64,000 nt of DNA from Mobula hypostoma (GCF_963921235.1 NC_086108.1:69318001-69382000), one strand, 5' to 3'; shown: positions 23,500 through 36,796, numbered from the stretch's first letter. A program made the numbers and translations. Notes: a model not told the origin generated them from the letters alone.

Positions 23500-26282
23500 G
23501 TAACTCTCTTCAAGAAGGGAGAAAGGCAAAAGAAAGGAGTCTGTAGGCCTGTAGGTCTGACCAGAGTGGTTGGGAAGATACTGGAGTCGATTGTAAGGAT
23601 GTGATATCGGGGTACTTGGTGACATATGATAAAATAGGCCATAGTCAGCATAGTTTCAACAACAGAAAATGTTGCCTGACAAATCTGTTTGAATTCTTTG
23701 AAGAAATAACAAGCAGGATAGATGAGGAAGATTTGGTTGATGATGTGTACTTGGATTTTCAGAAGGCCTTTGACAAGATGTCACACGTGAAGCTACATAA
23801 CAAGCAGTGGTATTGAGGAAAAGATTCTAGCATGGATAAAACAGTGACTGATTGGCTGGAGGCAAAGAGTGTGAATAAAGGGAGCCTTTTCTGGTTGGCT
23901 GCCAGTGACTAATGGTGTTCCAGAGGGGGTCTGTTTATTGGGACCAAATTTTTTGGTTTATTGAAATTCTCCCTCGATTCCCATCTTTTCTCATTGTTTT
24001 TTTAAACTATCTTTAATTGACTTATCTTTTAAAGAATGGGATAGATTGGGTATTAAACTATTAAAGGATTTGTTTGATAGAGGGAATCTCTCTTCTTTTG
24101 TGCAACTTTCAATGAAATTTAACCTTTCCAATTCCCACTTTTTCGATACTTACAGATTAGAGATTTTTTTAAAGATCTCAATTACATACATTTCCTACAA
24201 GTCCATATAAGAATATAATGGATACAATTTTTAATCTGAAACCCTTTGACAACGGTTCAATATCTTGCATTTACGGTCTGCTGTTGGGACTGAAAAAGGC
24301 CGCTTTAGATAAAATTAAAGGAGACTGGGAAAAGGATTTGCAGATCTGTAAGAGCTGGAAGATGATTTTAAAATTGATTAATTCATCATTATGTGCTCGT
24401 CATTCTTTATTACAATTCAAAGTGGTACATAGAGTTCATATGTCTAAAGACAAGCTCTCTTGTTCCTATGCAGATGTTTCCCCTTACTGTGGTAGATATA
24501 CTAATGGAGTGGCCACACTAATTCATGTCTTTTGAACATGTCCAAGCCTTGAAAAATTTTGGAAAGATGTATTTCAAACTTTTTCTGTACTTTTCAATGT
24601 TAGTTTTAAGCCCAATCCTTTGATTACCATGTTTGGTATTGTTGAGGATAGTGCAAATTTTTTACATCATGACAATGATTTAGATGATGGAATTAATGGC
24701 TTTGTTGAAAGGTTGGCAGACAATATGAAAATAGGTGGAGGGGCAGGTAGTTTTGAGGAAGTAGAGGGGCCACAGCAGGACTAGGACAGATTAGGAGAAT
24801 ATGCAAAGAAGTGGCAGATTGAATACAATTTTGGGAAGTATATGGTCATGTACTTTGGTAGAAGAAATGAAGGGGTTGACTGTTTTCCAATTGGAAAGAA
24901 AATACAAAAAAACTGAGGCGCAAAGTGAGTTGGGAGTCCTTGTGCAGGATTCCCTAAAGGTTAATTTGCAGGCTGAGTCTGTGATGAGGAAGGCAAATGC
25001 AATTTTAGCATTCATTTCAAAAGGACAAGAATACAAAAGCAAGGATGTAATTTGAGACTTTATAAAGCATTGGTGAGGTCTCAGTATTACGAGCAGTTTT
25101 GGGCCCCTTATCTGAGAAAGGATGTGCTGAAACCGGAGAAGGTTCAAACGAGAGTCATGAAAATGATTCCAGGATTGAATGGCTTGTCATATGAAGAACG
25201 TTCCATGGCTCCGGGCCTGTATTCACTAGAATTCTGAAGAATGAAGGGTGACCTCATTGAACCGTATCAAATGGTGAGAGACATTGATAAAGTGGATGTG
25301 GAGAGAATGTTTTCTATGGTGGGAGAGTCCAAGACCAGAGGACATAGCCTCAGAATAGAGGGGTGTCATTTTAGAAGTGTCATTTCTTTAACATGAGAGT
25401 GACAGCCAGAGCTGGGCTGAAAACTTCTGGTTAAGGTGGTGCCTGCGTACAATGCTCCTTTGGTTGACATCATGAAACCATATATTTCACTTTATGAAAC
25501 CATATATTTCACTTTATTTATGTCTTTTATGTTTGCTTTTTGTCTGGGATGTGATTCTGGAACCATTGGTGCCTGTGACTTGCTGTTCGGAGACTGTTTG
25601 GATGTTCCAGCACTGTGCAGTCTCTGAGAGGCAGTGTAGACCTCGTGGTAGCAGACTGCAAGCCAAGGTTTGACTTTATTTCACTGACTAAAACGATGAG
25701 AGAGATTGAAACATCGAGGCAGGGGAATGCAGGAACTCGGTGATTGTTTGGGTGTTCCAGTGCTCTGCAGTCCAAGAGGATTCTGGGAGACAGCAACAGC
25801 ATGCGGGAACCTCGTGGGGAGAAACCTGTGGTACGGGGCAGAAGCCATTGTTTGGCTCCCTATTTGCCAATTAAAGCAACGAGGAAGATTGAAGCATCGA
25901 GACAAATAGAGAGTGTGTGCGAGCTGACTGTGCCATGGAGAGGGCAAGGTCTGCCACTGGGCCTGGAGGGTGTTCCCAGGTTTTCTGCATTTTGGAATTG
26001 GACTTGGACTATAGACTTTTTTGTTTAGTTTTACAGGATTTTAAATTGTGTTTTTCACCCAATCCTTTTTTTTTGTGTGTGAGAGAAGAGATTTGGGGGT
26101 CAATGTGCCTGTTCATTTTCATTTTCTTTGTGCAGGACAAGGGACTTGATGGGGGCGGGGGTTGATCTGTCTTGATTCGTTAGGGCACAAAGGGATACTG
26201 GGAGAAGACAGGAGATTGAGGCTGAGCGGAAAATTGAATCAGCAATGATGAAATGGCCTAATTCCACTCCTATGTCTTATGG
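23500..26282 (+). mobile_element. CR1 ORF2 RT/3' fragment interrupted by an L1/Tx1 fragment and an unclassified insert
   Basis: CCLTNLFEFFEE...VYLDFQKAFDK at 23601-23816, resuming at ~24670-25395, with the CR1 3' end at ~26180-26282. Confidence 0.8.
23945..24655 (+). mobile_element. L1/Tx1-type LINE ORF2 C-terminal fragment
   Basis: CARHSLLQFKVVHRVHMSKDKL...SPYCGR...ATLIHVF*TCPSLEKFWK is typical of the L1/Tx1 C-terminal Cys/His region. Confidence 0.75.
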
Positions 26283-27189
26283 TAAGGTTGGGAAAGTTCT
26301 TCTTGCATTCTCTCCTTTACTGGCCATTCTTGTGTATTTTTTTAAATCTACCAATTCCTGCCTCTCCGCCGCTAAACTGTGAAGTCCTACCCATCCCCGA
26401 AGAGACTTCAGGGGAAAAGTCTTGACTATAAGTGGATTGAATCTGGTAGTTTTCATTTGGCAGCCAGATCTAGTACCTCTCTGCTGGAACAATAACCAAA
26501 GTTAATCTTTGTGTGCCTCTCTGAGTCCTTTTGACTGATGGAGATGCGCTCATGCCCTCTCCTAATTCTTTCAAGCCTGTAAATAAGGATTTTTTTTGAT
26601 ATAAGGGTGATGCAAAAGGTCATGACATAAAGTTCCAACTTGACTTCCAGTAGGAGTAGTAAGATAATAAATGGTTTGTTGGTGATCCCAGTGATATGAA
26701 ATAAACATTTCCTTGGACTGGTGAACCAAATAGATTTTGCATTATTACTAATTTGGTTACTTGTCCCCAGCTCATTGAGAATACGGACTGTCTCAATATT
26801 CATTCGCTGCTTGGGGTACCTTTATGAAAAGGAATATATGGCTTCATCATGAGCTTATTTATTGACAGATTATCAGTGATTTCCTCCCCCCCCCCCCAAC
26901 CCAGCTACACTTCTCCATCAACAAAGACAAACATTTGAGGATAGTAAATCTATTTTGACATTGACACATTTATTTTCTATTGACATCTGAGGAATAACTG
27001 CATTGTCATTGTGGCACTCAAGTGAAGGTTGGAGTGATAAGCTTTTTATGCTCTAGCCTCTGGAGGACTACTTGTGCCCACAAATAATACTGCAGCACAT
27101 TGTTAGCAAACTAAGGTTTAAAATTTTCACTTGGTTCTTTCATTGTTCCAGCTGGTCTTTTACCCAAAGAACACTCTGGGTCTGGATGT

Positions 27190-30100
27190 CCATAAGACAT
27201 AGGAGCGCAATTAGGCCATTCAGCCCATCAAGTCTGCTCCACTATTCCATCATGGCAGATCCCAGAACCCACTCAACCTTATACATATAGCTTCATACCA
27301 TATCTTTTGATGCCCTGACCAATCAGGAAACTATTAAATACTCACAGACTTGACCTCCACCGCAGCCTGTGGCAGAGCATTCCATAGATTCACCACTCTC
27401 TGGCTAAAAACAATTCCTCCTTGCCTCTGTTCTGAAAGGTCACCCCTCAATTTTGAGGGTGTGCCCTCAAGTTCTGGATCCCCCCCACCACAGGAAACAT
27501 TCTCTCCACCTCCACCTTATCTAGCCCTTCCAACAGTCAGTAGAATTCGATAAGATTCTCCCCCCCCCCCCCATTTTTCTAAATTCCTGTGAGTACAGGC
27601 CCAAAGTTGCCAAATGCACCTCGCGTTAACCCCTTTATTTCTGGAATCATCCTCGTGAACCTCCTCTGGACTTTCTCCAATGATAGCACGTCCTTTCTGA
27701 GATCTAGGGCCCAAAACCGTTGACAGTACTCCAAGTGCGGCCTGACTAGTGTCTTGTAACACCTCAGCATTATTTCCTTGCTTTTATATTCTATTCCCCT
27801 TGAAATAAGTGCCAACATTGCATTTGCCGCCTTTACCACACACTCAACCTGTAAATTAACCTCCTGGGAGTCTTGCACAAGAACTCCTAAGTCCCTCTGC
27901 ACCTCTGGTGTTTGAATTTTCTCCCTATTTAGGTAATAGTCTGTACTATTGTTCCTTTTAACAAAATGTATTATCATACATTTCCCAACACTGTATTCCA
28001 TCTGCCACTTTTTTGCCCATTCTTCCAATTTGTCTAAGTCCTGCTGCAATTGCATTGCTTCCTCAGCACTACCTACCTTTCCACCTATCTTCGTATCACC
28101 TGCAAACTTTGCCACCAAGCCGCCAATTCCATTATCTAAATCATTGTCAATGTGAAAAGTAGCAGTTCCAATACTGACCCCAGAGGAACACCACTAGTCA
28201 CTGGCAGCCAACCAGAAAAAGCCCATTTTATTCCCACTTGCTGCCTCTTGCCTGTCAACCATTCCTCTACCCATGCCGAGATTTTATCTTGCTAAGCAGG
28301 CTGATGTGTAGCACTTTATCAAATGCCTTCTGAAACTGAAAATCCAAGTAAGGACATCCACCGCCTCTCCTTTGTCCATCCTGCTTATACTTCCTTGAAA
28401 ACTTCTTAACAGATTTGTCGGGCAAGATTTTCCTTTACGGAAACCATGCTGACCGACTTATTTTATCATTGGTCTCCAAGTATCCCAAAACCTCATCCTT
28501 AATAATAGACTCCAACATTTTCCCAACCACTGAGGTTAGGCTAACCAGCCTATAGTTTCCTTTCTTTTGCCTTCCTCCCTTTTGAAAGACTGGAGTGACA
28601 TTTGCAATCTTCCAATCCTGTGGGACCATGCCAGAATCAAGTGATTCTTGAAAGATCATGATCTGTGCATTTGTTACCTCTTCAGACCTCTCTCAGGACT
28701 TCGGAATGTAGTCCATCTGGTCCAGGTGACTTATCCACCTTAAGACCTTTGAGTTTGCCTAGCACTTTATCCTTTGTAATAGCAATCACACTCATTCCTT
28801 TTCCCTGACACTCATGGATCACTGACACACTGCTAGTGTTTTCCACAGAGAAGACTGGTGCAAAGTACCCATTAAGTTCATCTGCCATTTCTGTGTCCCC
28901 CCATTACTACCTCACCAGCATTATTTTCCAGTGGTCCAGTATCAACTCTTTCAATTCCCTTTATGTAACTGAAAACTCTTTACATAACTGAAAAATTTTA
29001 GTATCCTACTTTATATTATTGTCTAGTTTGTCCTCGTGTTTCATCTTTTCACTTGCAGCTTTTTTAGTTGCCTTTTGTTGGATTTTAAAAGCTTCCCAAT
29101 TATCCTGCTACATTGTATACCCTTTCCTTCGCTTTTAAGCAGTCCTTAACTTCTCTTGTCAGCCTGCTCCTGCCATTTGAGAGCTACTATTTCTGTGGAA
29201 CATATCCATCCTGCACCTTGCAAACTGCTCCCAGAAATTTCAGCCACTTCTGCTGTGCTGTCATCCCCACTAGTATCCTCCTCCAATCCACCTGGTCAAG
29301 CTCCTCTCTCATGCCTCTGTAATTCCCTGTATTCCATTGTGGTACTGATACGTGTGACTAGTGCTTCTCCCTCTAAAATTGCAGTATGAATTCAATCATT
29401 TTATGATCACTGCCTCCTAAGGGTTCCTTTACATTAAGCTCCCTAATATGATCTGGGTTATTACACAACACCCAATCTAAGATGGCCTTTTCCTGAGTAG
29501 GCTCAAGCACAAGCTGCTCTAAAAAGCCATCTTGTAAGCATTCAAGAAATTTCCTCTCTTGTGATCCGACACCAATCTGATTTTTCCAATCCCCTTGCAG
29601 ATTGAAGTCCCCCATTACAATTGTGACATTATCTTTATTACATGCCTTTTCCAGTTCCCTTTGCAATCTCAACCCCATGTCTTGGCTACTGTTTAGAGGC
29701 CTGTTTATGATTCCCATAATCAGTTTTTACCCTTGTAGTTTCTTAATTCCACTCACAAAGATTCAACATTCTCTGACCCTATGTCACCTCTTTCAAAAGA
29801 TGTAATTCTATTACCAACAATCACACCACTGACTGTGCCATCCTGCCAGTCCTTTCGATACAAAGTATATCCTTTGATGTTAAGCTCCCAACTGTGGCCG
29901 TCTTTCAGCCATGACTCAGTGATGCTCACCATGTCATACTGACCAATCTGTAATTCTGTAATTGCGCCACGAGTTCATCCACCTTATTCTGAATGCTACG
30001 CATATTTAAATACATCACCTTCAGTCCTGCTTTCTTCGCCCTTTTGAATTTTACCTCTGTGGTAGAATTGAACTCATTGCTCTATCTGCATTTGTACCCA

Positions 30101-31200
30101 ATCATTGGCTTGACCTTCCTTACATTCATGTTACATCCATCATGTACTTGTAAACCTGCTGGCTCATCCTCAGCCCTATCATCCTGGTTCCCATCCCCCT
30201 GCCATATTAGTTTAAACCATTCCCAACAGCCCTAGTAAACCTGCCTGCAAGATTATTGATCTCCCTTGGATTCAAGTGCAACCCATCCCTTTTGTGCAGG
30301 TCACACCTGCCCCAGAAGAGGTCCCAGTTCTGCAGAAATCTGAATCCCTGTCCCCTGCTCTAATTCTTCAGTCTCACATTTATCTGTCACCTTATTATAT
30401 TCCTATCCTCACTGTTGCGTGGCACAGACAGCATTCCTGAGATTACTATCCTTGAGTTCTAGCTTCTCAGCTTCCTGTATTCTGTTTTCTGGACCACCTC
30501 CCTTTTTCTGCCCATGCTGTTGGTACCAATATATAGCACAACTTCTGGCTGCTCACCCACCCTTTTCAGAAGATTGTGGACGAGTTCAGAAACATTGCAA
30601 AGGCACCTAGCAGGCAAACTATTATCCGTGTTTCTTTTTTGCATCCACAGAATCGCCCATCTGTCCCCCTGACTATAGAGTCCCTTATCACTGCTGCCAT
30701 CCTCTTCAGTTCCCTACCTTTCTGAGCCACAGGACCAGACTCAGTGCTAGAGGCATAGCTGCTGTTGCTTCCCCCCCACCCCTGACAGTACTCAGAATGA
30801 AGTACCTATTGTTGAGGGGGGCAGCCTATCCTCTATCTGGCACTCTCCCTTCCCTCTTCTAACAGTCATCTGTTTATCGGTCTCCTGTAGCCTTGGGGTG
30901 GCTACCTCCTATGGCTGCTGTCTATCACCTCTTCCCTTTCCCTAATAAGCCGAAGTTCATCAAGCTGTAGCTCCAGTTCCTTAGTACAGTCTCTAAGGAC
31001 CTGCATCTTGATGCACCTGGTGCAGATCTGGCCACCGGGGAAGCTGGTAGTCTCTTGGAGTTCCCACATCTGACACCCAGAACAGAACACTGGCCCTGTA
31101 GACATACCGCCTATTCTCTCAATAGTTAAATAAGGAATGAACTTACCTACTTGCTACCGCCTGTTCTCGCCAAAGCCTTACCACTCTGACTCAGACCACT
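27190..31200 (-). mobile_element. Near full-length decayed CR1 LINE (ORF1 Zn-finger/leucine zipper/esterase plus ORF2 APE-RT)
   Basis: ORF1 CSGCQMWE...CTRC...LELQLDELRL (30902-31105) and GDSIVRG/HIGTN-type esterase remnants. APE (MGDFNL...GSDH), RT (KFAGDTKIGG) and CR1 3' end at ~27190. Confidence 0.88.
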
Positions 31201-32327
31201 CCAACGACCGGTTCCATGACGACCACTCTGTTAGACGGTACCCTTCTTTTATGGAGACTGGGTTTTTAAAGCTCTTTGCCAGACTTGTGCAGGAACACTT
31301 CTGCGCAGTACTCCAATCACTGCCTGAAAGATGAAGAAGACATGAACCTCATAAACTCTTCTTTCATTGATTGATGTGTTGCAATCTGAGAGGTTGGGCT
31401 GGGAGCTTGGAGTTGCAGTTATTCTGGAACAGTTTTGCAAAATGGCTGCCTCCTCTGATATAAATTTCAGCTAATCTTTTGGTTCAATATGCAAGCTCAA
31501 TCAAGAATTATCACTTGAAAAGCAAATCTGACTAACTTATTTTCAGCAGTCACATTGTACTCAATGTTTTATGCGATGAGCCTTTCTTCTCCCAACACTG
31601 AGCTTCCATTATTGCTGCTCTTTGTAAAATACAGTTTTGAGTCAAATAATCTGGGATATTCTTCTGGATAAACGAGAATTTAACGAGATTTTAAAATCAT
31701 CCTCTGACATAGCTTTATTTTGCATAAGGAATTGAAGTATCCATACCATCAAGTGTTTGTAAATGAATTCTGTTGATCTGAATCAATGTGATAGTGTTAA
31801 GGTAACTTTATTAATTTTATAATGTTTATTTGTGTTTTGAATTTTGGTTCCAGTGAAACACATTCACTTGTGGACAATGGATGTTCCTGTCAACATTGGC
31901 ATTTGATAACTATTCTGATTTGAATTTGGAAGCATTTTGAAATTCTCACCATCTTAGAAACAACAATCTGCACATTTGGGTGAGCGAGGTGCTCCTAGTC
32001 TGCAGTTAGGCGAAGGGTTCTAGCAATTTGATGTAATAGTCGTGAAGGATCAGCAATATATTTCTAAGTTGAGGTGGGGATGTTACAGTGTGCAGATGTT
32101 GTGATCTTGTGCTCCCAAGGTCCTTGGCCTCCTTGATTGTAACATTTGTGGGTTTGGGAGATGCTATTGAAGGACACTTGATGAGTTCACAATTTAAGAT
32201 TGTTTAATATCCTTTCCAGTACACAAGTGTAAAGAAGAATGAAATAATTGTTACTCTGGCACTTTTCTGTATATATGTCCTTGATGGTGGGTAGACTGGT
32301 GATGGGCAGTTTTGCCTACCCATTGTA

Positions 32328-32930
32328 GAACCTTGGTTCATTAAGTTGTCATACCTGGCGGTTGGGGGAGGGGTTGTGTCGTGGGGATATGGTCCCACTA
32401 TCTAGTAAATGCTCCCAGTGATGCGTGCTTCAAACAGCCTTTGACAACTAAGTCCAGCTCCTGGTCTTCATATGTGGCTTAGCTACTAAACCTGGCAGAA
32501 TAGTTACTGCAGACTGGAGAAGGGTCAAAGGTGAGTTACTGGCACCTTAAACCCAGTCGCTTCAGGCAGATGGGGCTGATCAACTGTAGCTGGCAGCTCA
32601 TCCAGGAGAAGGAAATCTCTGATCTCGAACCTCCACTGCCTTGCAGCTATGCCCACTCATGGGGCAGGTAGGCTTCAGAAGTAAACCCCAAGGGGTGGAA
32701 AGGGGAAGAAATACAAAGCTGGAGTCCATAAAGCAGTCCGATGTTGAGTTCAGTGCTGACTAGCAACTCCTGCAATGCCACTGGTGCCAAACTGTATCGG
32801 TTGCTGCTGTTCCTTTGGATTAATCAGCTGCGTGGTGAGGGGGAACCTGCTACATGGGCAACAGCTTGTTCTCCATATCACTTGCATATTATTACTCAGT
32901 TAGGATGCAATATACATGGCCGACCCTGAA
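32328..32930 (+). mobile_element. Unclassified ~600-bp interspersed repeat, copy 1 (possibly RTE-related)
   Basis: Collinear homology with 54437-55030 (tccagctcctgg..., cagtcgcttcaggca.atggggct, gagaaggaaa, ttgagttca.tgctgact). Confidence 0.6.
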
Positions 32931-33164
32931 CAGCAGAAGGCCTCAATGTAAAGCCTGCCTGTCTGTTGCAGTGCATTTTTTTTCAGCAATGCAGTGAAGA
33001 GGGGTGTGAGTTCTGAAGTCAATAGCCATCTTCCTTGTCTTGTTGACATCAAGGAAGTGGTTATTTGCCTGGCACCAGTCCTTGCACTTCCACCTCCTCT
33101 CTGTAGGCCGTCTTGTATTTTAGCAATAATGATGAGTAGTGATGGGTGGAGTCGAGTCTTTACC

Positions 33165-33512
33165 AAATGAGTGCAAGGCTCTCCTTCCCTCGGCTAGCCT
33201 ACAGGTCATCCTTGGTTAAGGTGTAGTCTTTCTTAGCCCCCGATCAGAGTTATGTGAAGCCATGGGAGGAGGTGGTGGATGGTCATCTGAGCAGCTGGTG
33301 CATATCAGGAGTTCTGGTTATATGACCACTGACCCCAGACACAATCTCAAGAGTACTGATTATAGCTGAGGTCACCCATCTTGTAAAGACACTGTACAGG
33401 AGAAGGCAAAGGCAAACCACTTCTGTTTATTTTTTTAAATGCCAAGAACAATCATGGTCCGGGAAAGACCATGATCACCCACATCATACAACATGGCACA
33501 TAATTAACAAAC
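33165..33512 (+). mobile_element. RTE/BovB-related short element
   Basis: Contains agaaggcaaaggcaaaccacttc, resembling the BovB/RTE-related 3' motif, followed by an A-rich end. Confidence 0.4.
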
Positions 33513-33959
33513 AATAAGCAGTGGTGGATGATATGCCAATTGATCCATTGCTTTGTCTCGGGTTGTTATTGAGCCACTTGGATGATGCACTAATCCACCT
33601 CATTGGAGCGTATCTTCACACTCCTGATTTGTGCTTTGTAGTTGGTGGAAAAGGCTCTTGGGATATGGAGATGAAATCCTAAATGCAAAATATCCATCCT
33701 CTAATCTGTTCTCATGGTCATGATGTTTGTTTATTTATATTTTTTTCTTTGTGCACTTGTTCTAGGCTCAAATGAGATTGAGGAGTGCAATATTGGTTGC
33801 CCAGTGATATTCTTTGCCTCCTGATCAAGTTGAATCAGTTTTTATGTAGTTTGTGAAATTGCCTTGCTCTCCTTTAAAAGAATGGCCATTTTACAGTCTT
33901 GGTGTTTGCAAAAGTACATTAATTGTTTCAATGTCTTTTATAAATCTTTCTGCCCTTAG

Positions 33960-34129
33960 GAACAGGTTCCAGTTCCTGTTTATCATCCTACTCCAAGTCA
34001 GACTCGGCTGGCCACTCAACTTACTGAAGAAGAACAGATCAGAATAGCGCAAAGAATAGGCCTCATTCAGCACCTGCCCAAAGGGGTCTATGACCCAGGA
34101 AGAGATGGATCAGAAAAGAAAATTAGAGA
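33960..34129 (+). CDS. RNF11: RNF11 coding exon 2 (EQVPVPVYHPTPSQTRLATQLTEEEQIRIAQRIGLIQHLPKGVYDPGRDGSEKKIR-E)
   Basis: Pyrimidine tract plus AG at 33958-33959, 170-nt exon, donor GA|GTAAGT at 34129/34130. Manual translation is recognisable RNF11. Not in the ORF track because it has no start codon. Confidence 0.97.
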
Positions 34130-35814
34130 GTAAGTTCAAATTATTTTCATAGTTTTATCTCTGGAAAAATTACCACTCAAGCATGCTGGAGATAAATGGG
34201 TTTTCTTCATCCATTGAGTTATTACTGCAATTACTCCTATACCAAAAGGCATAGATGGTTTTGTTTCTTTAATTCTCAGACAAAAATCAGGGCTATTGCA
34301 GGATCTCCATTTTTCATCTCTATTTTAGTGTACTATTTTTTAAAAAATACTGTTGAACCTGGTTTTGCCTGACACAACTACTACAAAACTTCAGAGCAGC
34401 CTGTTGAATGATGCTGTTCGAATTTTGGATCATCACTACCTCACCAGGTTGTATCTTTCTATATACCTATTCATTTTTTATATGTCTAGTTAATTCCCAT
34501 GTTTCTGATTAAATGCTGGTTTGCATATGTACTACTACTCACCTGTTTTCTGTTTGGGAGTTCTAACCTCCAAATTGTAATTCCTGACATAGTGGGCCCT
34601 GCTGTTTAGGTCAGCATTAGCATGGCCCACTAAGTCTTTTAAACTAATGAAGGTGCTTCCAGTTGTGTTTTTGACATGTATTTGCATCCAGCAGCAGTGA
34701 GGAACGAGCAAGTCAGGATAGTAGATGACTTCTTATGAATGGGATGCTAATTACACGGTCTTTCTGCTCTGTTCTGGATGGTGCCAAGTGTTACTGGAGC
34801 CATATTTCTTTAGAAAAGTGGAGTGTTCTCTTATGCACCTGCTTGTTTTTGTTACCATTTAATTTGTTGGTCCATCTTAGTATCTTTTCTTTGGTGATCC
34901 CCAGCATGTTGTTAATGGACAACTGAGCAACGGCAGTGTAACACACAAAATGCTGGAGGAACTGATCTGTTCCTATGAAGGGTCTCAGCACAAACATCAA
35001 CTGTTTATTCTTCTCCATTGATGTTGCTTGACCTGCTGTATTCCTCTAGTATCTTGTGTGTTAAGTCTGGATTTCCAGCATCAGCATCTGTTGTGTTCAT
35101 GCCATTGGATATTAAGGGTTGTAGTGTTAAACATCTTGTTGCAGGTGATCATTGCTGGCCACTGAATTGTTGAGCTGTGTGCAGGCCTGGGCTGCTTTGT
35201 TATTTAAGGAACTGCAGATGGAATTGGAACACTATTGTAAACTCTGCCATCGACCTTGTGATGGAGGAATGGGTATAAATGAGGCATTTGATTGTGAATG
35301 GACCCAGTCCGCTACACTGAGGAACCCCTGCAACAATATCCTGGTGCTGATATCACTGATCTTTTTTTAAAATACTGTGGTCATCATCTTTTGTGCATGA
35401 GGTGACTCTGCTTGGTTAGGTTTTCCCCTTGAAGACTGTTGGTGGTGCAAGTTTACCTTAATACCCTATCAGGTGGTACTAATTCTGGGACTTAAGCACT
35501 CTTTGTCCATAATTGACCAATGTTGTAGCCTTGGCTGGCACACAATGGCAATTTTGGAAGACAATTGGTAGCAAGTGCTGCTTGTTGCCACTGACAACAA
35601 AGACTTCCTAAGTTCTGCTTTTGATTGAGAATAGAAATACAGGAATGTGATAGGTTAGATTTTGGGGTCATAATGTACTGCAGTACATTTCCATGCTGCC
35701 TGTAGGTGTACAAGACACCATTGTATAGATGCATGGCAAGTTCTGGATCAGAGGCTATCTGTGAGTTGTTTTCTTGGGTGTGTGTTGGCTCTTGGCATCA
35801 TAATGGAGAAAGCT

Positions 35815-36552
35815 GGGATGTTGGCCTTTCTAAGGTGTGATGCTATTACAGCTCGGGGTGTTGGAGTTCATTTCCAATGTCATCTGTAACAAGTCTGAAA
35901 ATCCTCCCCATGGAGTGTGTGGGTTTCTCTGGGTGCTCTGGCTTCCTCCCGTAGTCCAAAGACCTGGTTAGTAGACTAATGGATAGTTGTAAATTATCCT
36001 GTGGTGAGGTTAGGGTTAAGTTGGGGGTGGCTAGGTAGAGTGGCTCAAAGGACCTGTTCAGTGCTGTATATCTAAATTAATAAAACTGTCAAACTTCATG
36101 CAACACAAGCAATCTGCACATTTTCTTTCATCTAATGTTTGTCAATTGTGGTCAAATTGGCAAAATTTTGTCAAATTGGGTGGCATAGTAGCGTAGCAGT
36201 TAGTGCATTGCTTGACAGCACTAGCTGTAAGATCAGGGTTTGATCCCCACCACTGTCTATAGGGTTAAAGTCAATCTTTTGGGCACCACAGTTGCATAGG
36301 GGTTAGCGTGGCACTATTATAACTCGGAGTGTCAACATTCAGAATTCAATTCCAGTGCACCTTTTAAGAAATTTGCACGTCGTCCTGTGAGCATGTGTTT
36401 CTTCTGATGCACTGGTTTCCTGCCACGTTTTAAAGACTTGCTGGTTAATTTGTAATTGTAAATTGTCTTGTCATTAGGCTAGGGTTAAGTAGATGGGTTG
36501 CTGGGTGGTGCGGCTCATTGTGCCAGGCACTTGCGCTATATTTCTAAATAAA
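35815..36552 (+). mobile_element. Three tandemly clustered tRNA-derived SINE copies/fragments in RNF11 intron 2
   Basis: Copies at ~35815-36085, ~36178-36260 (head only) and ~36281-36552. They share the head and central domain with the SINE at 4831-6290 and have taaataaa-type tails. Confidence 0.75.
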
Positions 36553-36624
36553 TGTGACAAAGCTTTTGGATGTATTTGCAGAGTATCCTTTTGGTCATGA
36601 TAAACCTTTTTTTTTGCTTTTCAG

Positions 36625-36796
36625 GTGTGTTATTTGTATGATGGACTTTGTTTATGGTGATCCAATTAGGTTTCTTCCATGCATGCATATTTATCACCTG
36701 GACTGTATAGATGACTGGCTGATGCGATCGTTCACGTGCCCATCTTGTATGGAACCAGTGGATGCAGCATTGCTTTCTTCCTATGAAACCAACTGA
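36625..36796 (+). CDS. RNF11: RNF11 coding exon 3, RING-H2 domain (CVICMMDFVYGDPIRFLPCMHIYHLDCIDDWLMRSFTCPSCMEPVDAALLSSYETN*)
   Basis: T-rich acceptor ...ttttcag at 36624. Phase-2 join gives GA|G=Glu. C3H2C3 RING, TGA ends at 36796. The three exons sum to 462 nt = 153 aa plus stop. Confidence 0.97.

Noticed and set aside
36178..36260. Possible tRNA gene
   Set aside because: Has A/B-box-like motifs but matches the SINE head family and lacks a convincing cloverleaf.
36554..36624. N-terminal extension of ORF 36554-36796 (MTKLLDVFAEY...)
   Set aside because: Intronic sequence upstream of the canonical acceptor at 36624. The real exon starts at 36625.
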